From Squalus acanthias (taxonomy: Eukaryota), in contig CM059438.1 in the NCBI GenBank assembly GCA_030390025.1, positions 70,806,001 through 70,870,000 of the forward strand: a stretch of DNA of 64,000 nucleotides, written 5' to 3'. Each line of letters opens with the position of its first letter. Within the stretch, counting starts at the first letter, position 1. A program made the position numbers and the translations under genes. The notes below the pieces were generated by a model, which was given only the letters and a program-made list of their open reading frames with translations, did no database searches and was not told where the DNA came from. This document shows, one piece after another, positions 40,046-51,619 of the stretch.

Positions 40046-42156
40046 CAAGTGCATGGGAGTGGCGCAAGTTAACTCACCTTCTACTCCATGCAGAGTTCCT
40101 CATCTCCACTCATGCTTTCCGATCTGACCTGGCTGAGATCAGGAACTCGCCAGTTGAGGTGTGAACACATCTCCTTCCATTCCATAATGGAATAATTTAG
40201 TATAAAATGTATTAAGCTTGTGAAGAAGTGCCCACTTATAAGCTGAATAACATTTCTTGTGGTCATTTTCTCTTGATGCAGTCATGTGATATGTGCAGTC
40301 TTAAAACGTAATTCTTAAATAGATAAATTCCTCAGCCATGTTTCAAGATTATAAACAGTAATTTCTTGCGATTGTAAAATGCATGTGCTTTCAATGACAT
40401 TGCAAGTACTAATTTATGCATTTTTGGCTGTAGCCTAAAAAGAAGAAGAATTAAACAGTGGGAAATGTAGTTTATCTAATTCATGAGTAAGACCGTCATG
40501 GTTGATGGTTGATTGTTGCATCCACTCATGAATTCTTTGTTAGACATCGGGTAAACTATCACATCGTTGTCCGATTTCTATTCTCTATTCATGTTCCAAC
40601 AACTTTGTTTTTCATGCATATTACAAGCTGAATGATACAAATTATTCTCCAATGGTTTAAAAAGGAAGTGTACTGCATAGAGATAAAATCATAATCAAGG
40701 GTTTGTAAGTCAGATGTGGGAGATAAGCTGGTACAGCCTTATCTGCATCTCTAATCGGTAGACGCGTCATTGGGTTTCCTTTGTTATTTTGTGTGTTGCT
40801 TGAGTGGTTCTGCTTTTTGTCAAGTGAGAGTAGTTAAGTTGTGGTGCCTGGTGCTGCAGGAACAAAGAGTCCTGATTCATAGTTTAGATTGCGAGGGGAT
40901 TAGCTGGGGTTCGAACTGCTGGAGAATAGCAAAAGAGCATAAGGCACTGATTTGCTTGATAGAATGGAGGAGGGTGGAATCGTAATTCAGCTCTTGTGCT
41001 CAGGTGAATCAAAAATGATATTTGAAGGGGAAAAAAATATTTAAGCTGGTCTCACCTTTACCCTCATGCAAAGGAGTATCACTCGTCACGGTGTCTTTTT
41101 TTCTGTAATGCAGTGCTGAATGATCATCACATGAATTGGTTTTTGACTCCCACATTACAGTGAGTGGCTTCTGTATATCTGATTGCACGATGCTTTAACT
41201 CACAACTTGGAGAAGCGAATGTCGAGAATTTTTTTTTTTAAGTTGAATTTGGCGCTCCTTATCTCAGCTGTTTTAGCATGGGTGACACACGGGTGCTAGC
41301 CAGTCTTGGCCTCTTCTAACTCAAGATGTTACTTATTACTGGGCTTGGAAGCCTAGGGAATAGAGTTCTCAGTTACTCTGTTTTCTAACCTGGTTTCAAT
41401 GAGTCTTCAGGATTGCGAGCCAAGCAGATGAGTTTCCTCTCACATCTGAGGAAAAGATTGCTAAATCCTCCGAAGTATTTTGAGTTTTATGTCTCTGTCC
41501 ATTAACGAGAACCATTGGCCACTCATGTTATGGGCTGCTGTCTCGGGTCACACTGACCCAGGGGCTTCAGCCTTTTTTCCAACTCTGCGGTTTGCAGCTT
41601 CTGTGCTGACTCTTTGTATCACTCTGATTTTCCCAATTTCATAGCATTGTATTTAATGCCTTTCTATATGAAAAGTATGAATGTTAGCCCTTTTATCAAG
41701 CATTATTATAAGACTAGCTGGCTAACTGCTTGACGGGCATTTTCTTCCCTGATTTCTACTTCGTGATGATTTTCCTATCGCACACCGAGAGAGCGCATTT
41801 TTATGATAGTATTCCACCACTCCTTTCCCTCACATTCAAGTTGTTATTTTTATTATCATTATTATTATCAATCCAAGCAACATGCTGACAGCTAATTGCA
41901 ACGTTGAATCATTCCTGGAGAAAATAGAAATAAAGAGCTGCACTATCAACTTTGTGACTTGGAGAGAAAAAACGATTTTCAGGGATCAGTGGAAAGATTC
42001 AGCATTCTTTGTGGAGCTCCCGACCTGGAAAACCTGCAGACATGATTAGCAATCTGGTGCCCTTTCAACTCTATTGGGGAGAATCTGCAATTGTGCTTTA
42101 ATGCTGTAGCAATAGCAGGGTAGACAAGCATCTAGTTTACTGACAAAAATATTGTT

Positions 42157-42555
42157 GAAAGAAAGAACTCGCATTTACATAGCACCTTTCATGACCTCAG
42201 GACGGCCCAAAATGCCAATGAAGTATTTTTGAAGGGTTGTCACAGTTGAAGTGTAGGGAAACACAGCAAGGTCCCACAAACAGCAATGAGAGAAATGACC
42301 AGATAATCTGTTTTAGTGATGTTGGTTGAAGGATAAGTGTTTGTGGGATCTCTCGGCTTTTCTTTGAATAGTGCCATTGGATTTTTATGTTCACCTTTTT
42401 AAGCGCAGACAGCATCTAGGTTTAACATCTAATTGAAAGGTGGCACCTCTGACAATGTAGCACTCCTTCAGTACTACATTAAAGTGTCAGCCTCGTGGAG
42501 CTTGAACCCACGACCTTCTGACTCTAAAGTGAGAGTGCGGACAAGGCTAACACCT
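42157..42555 (-). mobile_element. Deu-type tRNA-SINE, near full length
   Basis: Tail gaaagaaagaactcgcattta, Deu core, head cttgaacccacgaccttctgactc. Confidence 0.8.
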
Positions 42556-43245
42556 CTTCCAAAGAATTCGCCTAATTTATTGAATACAGAATTGTTGCGA
42601 TGAAGTGCATGGAGGACCTGCGCAAACTTAAAGGGGGCAGTCATTTTTGGTGTCCTTCCATTCCCCTCAGAGGCCTCCCGGTTTTTTTTTTAATTAACTC
42701 CAGACCTTGAGATCCTCAGTCTGAACAGGTCTTGAGAAAACTTCTCAAAAAATTATACTTTTGACTTTGGCTGGTTATCAAGTCTGATTGGAAAAATCCA
42801 ATTTTAGTTCTTAAACCCTGGAAATTGTCAGTTCAGTTTATTCCTATGATAAATGGCCTCCTTCCATTCTGCTACACCTGTAGAATCTTTCACTCCCACA
42901 TCTAAAGCTGGCACCAAATGGAGGGATATGTTGTATGTACAGTACCAGATGCTCTCTTACAATAGATAACAGAGACCCTGAGAATTATTTTTTTCATTGT
43001 GACCTTATCAGTCTCACCTTCCCCTTTTATGCCAGAACCTTCTGACAGCTTTGAAGACGAAAACTAGATGCATTCTTTCCTCAGATGGAAGAGATGTACC
43101 TCAATTCACCCTTATCCAGCAGTGACCTGAAGGTGATCAATCACAGGAAAAACATCTTGGTCAAATTGTACTTGAATAGCATACTTTACAGTGCCTCCAT
43201 ACAAAAAGACTTGGAGAAGTTACGGGATTATGGATAAAAGACAAT

Positions 43246-43354
43246 GGGGTTGATTTTACCTACCAGCGGATCCTCAATGGAAAAAAAATCAGATGGATTT
43301 TTTTAATGGACGGGTGATCCATTCTCCCATGTGGTAAAGATGGAAATATACCCC
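43246..43354. mobile_element. Short hairpin MITE
   Basis: ggggttgatttt..tacca / tggta..gaaatatacccc. Confidence 0.5.
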
Positions 43355-45721
43355 ATAGATGGAATATACGCTTCAGCGTGTCAAAACTGTTAAAAGAAAA
43401 TCCAGAGAAAGGCAATCATTTCATGCTGAGGTCAATAGCAGGTTAATTGCAGTTCATGCAAAAAGTTTAGAGATTGACCAGGAGCTGGAAATTTACAGAC
43501 ACATGGCAGTCTGAAACCTTCTATCATACGCAATAGTTAACCTGCAGTTGATCTCGGGATTTACAGCAATCGAACTCTGTGGCCTTAAAAACAGCTCCAC
43601 TATAATATCGTGTGTTATATAGTATAATGCCCCTTTTGGGAAAATAAACAACCAGAGCTTCGACTTCTATTCAGTGTCCAGTCACTCCTGTTGAAAATGT
43701 GCATGTGTGAAGACAAGATTGGTCAAATAACTGCTGACACTCATTGTATGGGCCGACGCCTAACGAACGGGCAATCTGGTAAAATACCAGAGTGGTGGGG
43801 GTGGGGGGGTGGTAGTGACACGCCCAGAGCCATACTGCAACGTGGCTCACTGCCTTCAGGAGTGAAGGGGATAAAGGGAAGAAAATTGGAAAAAGTGAAA
43901 AGTCATCTTGTACATACAGGCCTGATATCTGAAATACGGCATATTTTCATCTGAATTTTGCCTTTGTAGAAACAAGATGTGCACTGACTGGATTTACGTT
44001 GCACAGGTGGTCAATATTTTGAATGAGATTTATTGGATTTTCCTTGAAATTTTAAGTGATTTCCTTTTTTAAACTTATTGATTTATTTATTTCTGTGAAA
44101 GTAAAATTTAAAGCGTGCCTTTCCTCAAGCTATAACAGTATTCATGAGTTTGTTTCTTCAAATGATATGAAAACAGCACCGTGTGTTGCAACATGGAGTA
44201 GATTTTTCATCCAAAATGAGCTTGTCGGCTGGCCAGTACTTCCGACAGGCCCTCAAAATTGACCTGGCCTCATTAATTTAGGGCAGATGGGCTGCAGGCA
44301 GAAAATGAGAGTCCCTGGGAAACCTGCCAGCTATGAGACAGCGCAATATCAGGCTGCCCGACTGGAATCTGGGCCTGGAGAAAGGTAGGTAAGGAGATCT
44401 GTTCTTAGGAGCAGGGGACCCAGTGTACCAGCGGCCCAGGTCATTTTTGTGGAGCCCAGAGGAGCACGCCTCCTCCTGCTGACCTCACATAAAATAAATA
44501 AGCACTTACCTTTGAGCTCCTCTTCGGCTGAACCACGAGTTGACACTGGGTGGAGTGTGTATAGCACATGGTCCGCCCAGTTGAGTCCTCAAATGGCTTC
44601 GGGGTCCGAATGATTACATTGGAACCCAATTTAAATACCTAAATTAGCTGGGCGCTAGCTTTAGGTGGCTACCCGGGCAGCCTATTTCGAGGAGCTCGGC
44701 AAAATGCCCATGGCCACAGCAATGGCGGGAGCAGGGTGGGAACGATGGCATAGTGGCTATGTTACTGGACTAATAATCCAGAGGCCTGCACTAATCCAGA
44801 AACGTGAGTTGAAATCCCACCACGGCAGCTGGGAAATTTAAATTCAGTTAATTAAATAAATCTGGAATAAAAAGCTAGTATCAATAATGGTGACCATGAA
44901 ACTATCAGATTGTCGTAAAAACCCATCTGGTTCACTAATGTCCTTTAGGTAAAGAAATCTGCTGTCCTTACCTGGTCTGGCCTATATGTGACTCCAGACC
45001 CACATCAATATGGTTGACTCTTAACTGCCTTCTGAAATGGCCTAGCAAGCCACTCAGTTGTAACAAACCACTACTAAAAACAATAATAAAAATAAAACAG
45101 GACGGACCACCCGGCATCAACCTCGGCACCGGCTACGGACATGGCAATGGCACACCCAGCCCAGTCGACCCTGCAAAGTCCTCCTCACCAACATCTGGGG
45201 ACTTGTGACAAAATTGGGAGAGCTGTCCGCCAGACTAGTCAACCAACAGCCTGACATAGCCATACTCGCATAATCATACCTTTCAGCCAATGTCCCAGAT
45301 TCCTCCAACACCATCCCTGGGTATGTCCTGTTCCACCGACAGGACAGAACCAGCAGAGGTGGTGGCACAGTGGTATACAGTCCGGAGGGTGCGGCCCTTG
45401 GAATCCTCAACATTGACTCAGGACCCCATGAAGTCTCATGGCTTCAGGTCAAGCATGGACAAGGAAACTTCCTGCTGATTATCACCTACCGTCCTCCCTC
45501 AGCTGATGAATCAGTACTCCTCCATGTTGAGCACCACTTGGAAGAAGCACTGAGAGCAGCAAGGGCACAGAATGTACTCTGGGTGGGGGAATTAAATGTC
45601 CATCACCAAGAGTGGTTCGGTAGCACCACTGCTGGCCGAGTCCTGAAGGACATAGCTACCAGACTAGGACTGCGGCAGGTGGTGAGAGAACCAACACGTG
45701 GGGAAAAACCGACTTGACCTC

Positions 45722-47337
45722 TGTTGAGATTAGCCAATTTGTTGATATTGGGACATATTTTGCGACCCCCTACGGGTGCCTATGAGGTGCGCACGCACCC
45801 GTAGGGGCAACACAAGTGCCGGGTTTAGGATCGATTGCAAATCAATATGGTGGGAATATTGTGTTTAATCTGAGTTTAAGACGGAATATAACACACTGGT
45901 TACACAGCAAAAATATACGACTATGACAAGCAGCTGGTACCGGTCCCGATCGGACAGATGGCTGCCGTGCGTGAACAGTTCTCTGGCTTACGGCCTTTCT
46001 CCCTCTCATCTAGAACCTCCACGAATGGGTTGAGTCCGCTCCCAGAAGTGTATTAGACCAGCCCCAATCTTATGTGGCTCTCCCTTCCACCGTCTTTGAT
46101 AAGGGCTTTTCAGGTCTTTCTCTTGTTCTCTTTTTAGGGGTGGGCCTGGGGCCAAATTATTGACAAGACCATTTAACCTATAGAGTTCTTTGTCTCAATT
46201 CTTAGATGAAAGCCCTCCCTCAAAGGGGTCTCATGTCCTTTGTCAATTTATCTTTCTTGTTTTTACATTTTGAGGGTTCCTCCATTGGAATTCATCCTAT
46301 CTCTCTTTGTCCCTATCCTCACTGGCACAGCAAGTACAAGGCCTGACCTCGTACCCTCTCTATCAAGGGGCCCACGTCATCGTTGTCTTGCTCATCCTGC
46401 CATTATACAAACTATCTCCCTTTAATCTAACAGACTGTTCCATCCTGAGATGGATAACTTAACTCCCCTAAATTCCTTTATTCTATGTCTTTTATACTAA
46501 TTAACTTTTAATTATCTTTGCAAGCTGTTCTATTAAGCTAACTCTGATTCCTACCTCAGTATTATAACATGGTTATTATTAATGATAGAAGAAACATAGG
46601 AATTGGGCCTTAGTTGGTCAAATTAAAGATACATAAAACAACCTCCCTACCGCACTAACAGCAGACAGCTAGCCTGGAAACAAGGTCATATGTGACCGTC
46701 ACAGTGCAAAATGTTATAACACCCGCAGGGAACCAAAACATAAGCAGATTCTAAGCATCTAACTAGTTATTCTAATACTGATAATGTGTCAGCTGTGGCT
46801 CAGTGGGTAGCACACTCGCCTCTGAGTCAGAAGGTTGTGGGTTCAAGTCCCACTTCTGGGACTTGAGCACATAAATCTAGGCTGACACTCCAATGCAGTA
46901 CTGAGGGAGTGCTGTATTGTCGGAGGTGCCGTCTTTCGGATGAGACGTTAAACCGAGGCCCCGTCTGCTCTCTCAGGTGGACGTAAAAGATCCCATGGCA
47001 CTATTTCAAAGAAGAGCAGGGAAGTTATCCCTAGTGTCCTGGCCAATATTTATCCCTCAATCAACATAACAAAAAACAGATTATCTGGTCATTATGCTGT
47101 GCGCAAATTGGCAGCCGCATTTCCCCCAATACAACAGTGACTGTACTTCATTGGCTGTAAAGCGCCTTGAGACGTCTGGTGGTCGTGAAAGGCGCTATAT
47201 AAATGCAAGTCTTTCTTTCTTTACTAGAAGAGACTTTTTGTCTCCAGTTCTAATACCATCATGTAAACACAGCATTAATCGCATCACAATTTTATCCGCA
47301 TAACCATATACATTTTGGACGACACTGATTTCTAACA
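45722..47337 (-). repeat. 3' LTR (~1.1-1.2 kb after removing the SINE and a small MITE fragment)
   Basis: Starts TGTTAGAAATCAG at 47337(-) directly after the purine tract aaggcggggagta (47338-47350) and ends ..ctaatctcaaCA at 45722. Confidence 0.85.
46788..47222 (+). mobile_element. Full-length Deu-type tRNA-SINE (SacSINE1-like) inserted in the 3' LTR
   Basis: A-box tggctcagtgg, B-box ggttcaagtcc, Deu core, L2-like tail with (cttt)n; absent from the other LTR copy. Confidence 0.9.
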
Positions 47338-47869
47338 TACTCCCCGCCTTGAGAGGGAGAAAACTCTCTTCATACATCGTGCCAGTTCTAAATTGTTAGT
47401 TCGACAGTTCAATTGGAGGGTTAGACATTTCAAATAACAAGACATCATAATAATGACGATTAAGACCAGACACTGGGCAATCACTAAGCCTGCTGATATC
47501 ATTCGTGCCCAGGGATGCTGGCTGGCATTATAGGCTACTCCCCACCACTCGTGGTCCCCTAATTTACTTACTGCTTTCTCAACTTAGGCGTTAGTTAGTA
47601 GGGAGACTCAGAAATGAAGATTTCCCCCTTTCTTTCAGTCCATTCCTTTGAGGGGCAGGAGCAACCCCCGACACCTTATTCAAATTCAAGTCACTGTTCC
47701 GGTGTTCCAATTCGGCCCCACCTGGGGTATCCGCTGTTTCTTCTATCTTTCCTGATCTTACCCCGCCTGGGGTCGTCTCTTCGTTGCTTCGGATCTTCTC
47801 TTTCGGTGTGCTCAATTAATTTGTTAGTGCTGATTAGTCATAGGCATGAGTACATAATTGGCTTATGCA

Positions 47870-49980
47870 TCAAAGTCTTACTGCATGGGTTCCATATATC
47901 AAATACACTATCATTACAAGTTGGAGAACTACCAGAGCATGTGAAATAATACGAACCTAAGGGTGTGCTGATATCTTAAGCCTAATATCCCACCAGTGTG
48001 AATTGTCCCCTATTCTGTCAATTTCACTGTCTATTCTTGAGTTGTCTTGCTGCAAAACATAAAAATGCTTTAGGGTGGAGTTCAGTCGCATCATGAGCTC
48101 ACTGAAGCCCTCAGACAACAGGAGAATGTCGTACCCAATTGTGACACATAATTGTGCAGCTCATACTTAAGTGTCTCATTTACTGTCAGTTTCACTTGAG
48201 CATAGGTTTTGATATTGAGTAAAACGTGTTGGTTGATGGTTGTGGGTAGATGTGGTGTGAAGCAGAAACTGGGGCTATTAATTGGACAGATCCTGTTAGA
48301 CCCGTAAAGCATGGTAGTTGCGGTAGTAGTGACACAGGAGGCCCCACCAAAACCACCTCATACTGGATTCGTACTGGTTTTTCCCATGCTCTGTTACCTA
48401 CAAAACACAATTATTAGTCACAGTTATAATTCAGTCTTACAATCACTTCAAGCGACACTACTGTTTAACATTTAATCAACAAATCATGGACTTAAAAGAT
48501 TCTCCAGATCTCTCATTTACTCATATCCATCTTGTGGATAATTCTTACTCAACATGATTTTTCCTTAGCCCTCAATTATCCCAATCCAGATTCCATGTAA
48601 TTCTTCACTTCAACTTCAATTTTAATCCCTCTAACAGGTACCAGTGTGTTTAACTCTATTCTGATTGTTTAATTAATTAGATAGTTTCATGATGGAGTAT
48701 GTGTCAATGCTTTAAAAGTTGTCTCACTCTCCTAAGCCACATTGACCATTTCATGTCTTGCTGTTGTCAAGTAACTGAGCATGTCTGAGACACATTCTTA
48801 AGTGCAGATTCACCACGCATTTCTGGATAGTAATTGCTTCATACGTAACAAATCACATTTGCACACTCAAACCGATATCTCAATATCATGCCACATGTGC
48901 CATCCGATACAAGCCATTCTCGGGCTTTCAGGTGATCTTATCAAAAGATTGTCTGGAGATCTTTGCTCATATCCCACTGCATGTTCCCAATGTCCCGGGT
49001 AGTGGCCAGGCTATCAAATGCAGTTTTCTTAAAAAGTTAATTATAGGCAGGGACACAAATGTCTCCAAGAGAAAGCTGTCAATTTACTATTCGTAACTGC
49101 ACTTTCCTGAATTTCACAAGAAAGCTAGGAAAATTCCATTTGGTAGTGTAATTCTCCTGTTTCTATCTCACACCCTCAATCACTTCCTCTCTCCATTTTA
49201 CACATCCCATTAATTACCATTCATATCTCATTCATGAGCCCTGGAGGAACTTTACTGTCCAGTACAATATTTAAGATAGAAAACATATATCAAATGTTCT
49301 CACTTCATCCAAGTTATTAACACTTTTTATTTGTTCATCATTATTTTAGAGGATCTTTTATTTTCCCAAAAGTAACCCAATATATAGTGCCTGAGTCCAT
49401 TTTGTCATTTCAAACTTATTCCAAAATCCAAACAGCAGTATTGTTGGACTGACAGATTTTGTCAATGTTCAATTTCTTATTTCCCCAAAAATATTATCTC
49501 TTGATACACAGCAATTGGCAGGACCACCTAAGACTGCTCTCAACCAGGTTATTTTAATGAAAATTTAATTATCCCCTTTAATTTCAGGTAGATTTCCCCT
49601 TCTCGTGTCTTATCTTTTTAGCTCTAATTTCAGAGGCAAGTGATTCCCAAGCTAAGTGGTTTACATGGTGTTTTAACATTAGAGACAAAAGTGCTGCAAT
49701 TAGTTTACAAGGTAACTTCCATATAATAAAAGAAAGCAGAGAATCCATTGTGGCTCTGCTTAAGAGCCCAAGAGGTTAATTCGTCAAATCATAATTTTCC
49801 TTCTGTCACTGTGGGAAAATATTCACTTAAAATTAAGAAACTTAAATTTACTAATGTCCAATATCTAAATTTCATTCAACAATACTAAAGTTGTTGCTTG
49901 GTGAACTTAAACAGCTGTCAATGGAAAGGGTTAACTCCTTTGCAGGTTTGTAAAAAGGCGGAGCAAATATTGTCAGGCAC
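47870..49980 (-). pseudogene. env: Decayed envelope glycoprotein (env) gene of the LTR element
   Basis: Hand translation 48136->47891: GYDILLLSEGFSELMMRLNSTLKHFYVLQQDNSRIDSEIDRIGDNSHWWDIRLKISAHP*VRIISHALVVLQLVMIVYLIYG (helical stalk, Trp-rich segment, TM). Cys-containing fragments lie upstream and the position just 5' of the PPT fits env. Many stops and frameshifts. Confidence 0.7.
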
Positions 49981-49983
49981 ACA

Positions 49984-50222
49984 AACAGCAGACAGCTAGC
50001 CTGGAAACAAGGTCATATGTGACCGTCACAGTGCAAAATGTTATAACATCCGCAGGGAACCAAAACATAAGCAAATTCTAAGCATCTATCCAGTTATTCT
50101 AATACTAGTCTGAAGAGACTTTTTGTCTCCAATTCTAATACCATCATGTAAACACAGCATTATTCACATCACAATTTTATCCGCATAACCAGATACATTT
50201 TGGACACCACTGATTTCTAACA
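49984..50222 (-). repeat. 5' LTR remnant (first 239 bp only)
   Basis: Direct repeat of 46657-46780 plus 47227-47337, with about 10 substitutions by hand count. Confidence 0.9.
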
Positions 50223-50542
50223 CCTCGTCCTCACCAATCTACCTGTCACAGATGCATCTGTCCATGACAGCATTGGTAGCAGTGACCACTGCACAGTCCT
50301 GTGGAGACAAAATTCCGTCTTCACACTGAGGACACCCTCCATTGTGTTGTGCGGCACTACCACCGTGCTAAATGGGATAGATTCAGAACAGATCTAGCAG
50401 CTGAAAACTGGGCATCCATAAGGCACTGTGGACATGCATGCTGAACAGCAGAAGCAGCATGCTATAGACAGTAACATTCGCGCAACACAAGTGCCAGGCA
50501 CTGACTATCTCCAACAAGTGAGAATCTAACCACCACCCCATG

Positions 50543-51619
50543 GATATGGAATTAGCTAAGTGATAGGAAATAGAGTGTAGTGGTGAATGGTTGTTTTTCG
50601 GACTGGAGGAAGGTATACAGTGGTGTTCCCCAGGGGTCGGTTGTAGGACCACTGCTTTTCTTCATATATATTAATGACTTGGACGTGGGTGTACAAGGCA
50701 CAATTTCAAAATTTGCAGATGACACAAAACTTGGAAGTATAGTGAACAGCGAGGAGGAGAGTGATAGACTTCAGGCTGGTGAAATGGGCGGACACGTGGC
50801 AGATGAAATTTAACGCAGAAAAGTGTGAAGTGATACATTTTGGTAGAAAGAATGAGGAGAGGACATATAAACTAAATGGTACAATCCTGAAGGGGCTGCA
50901 CGAACAGAGAGACCTCGGGGTATATGTGCACAAATCGTTGAAGGTGGCAGGGCAGGCTGAGAAAGCAGTTAAAAAGGCTTATGGGATCCTGGGATTCATG
51001 AATAGAGGTATAGAGTACAAAAGTGTGGAAATTATGATGAACCTGTATAAAACACTGGTTCGGCCCCAACTGGAGTACTGTGTCCAATTCTGGGCACCAC
51101 ACTTTAGGAAGGATGTGATGGCCTTAAAGAGGGTGCAGAAAATATTTACGAGAATGATTCCAAGAATGAGAGACTTCAGTTACGTTGATAGACTGGAGAA
51201 GCTGGGGTTGTTCTCCTTGGAGCAGAGAAGATTGAAAGGAGATTTGATAGAGGTGTTCAAAATCATGAGGGGTCTGGACAGAGTATATAGAGAGAAACTG
51301 TTCCCATTGGCAGAAGGGTCGAGAACCAGAGGACACAGATTTAAGGTGATTGGCAAAAGAACCAAAGGCGACGTAAGAAAAAACTATTTTATGCAGCGAG
51401 TGGTTAAGATCTGGAATGCACTGCCTGAAAGGGTGGTGGAAGCAGATTCAATCACAGCTTTCAAAAGGGAGTTGGATAAGTATCTGAAGGAAAGAAATTT
51501 GCAGGGCTACGGGGAAAGGGCGGGGGAGTGGGACTAGCTGAAGAGCTCTTGCAGAGAGCCGGCACGGGCTCGACCGGCCGAATGGCCCCCTACTGTGCTG
51601 TAACCATTCTATGATTCTA
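50543..51619 (+). mobile_element. CR1 LINE 3' fragment (RT end, C-terminal region, 3' UTR)
   Basis: SGVPQGSVVGP, KFADDTKL, 258-aa ORF with [15 protein letters not shown]; tail ccattctatgattcta. Confidence 0.95.

Larger units (their letters stand above)
45722..50222 (-). mobile_element. Internally deleted endogenous retrovirus-like LTR element
   Basis: TG...CA termini, CCTC TSD (45718-45721 and 50223-50226), duplicated LTR segment, PPT and env remnant. Confidence 0.88.

Noticed and set aside
46788..46860. tRNA gene
   Set aside because: The A and B boxes continue into a SINE body and tail, so this is a SINE head. The same applies at 22825-22898 and 44745-44825.
45722..50222. DNA transposon with TGTT...AACA terminal inverted repeats
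   Set aside because: The internal direct repeat, polypurine tract and 4-bp TSD fit an LTR element; the short inverted ends are normal LTR att sites.
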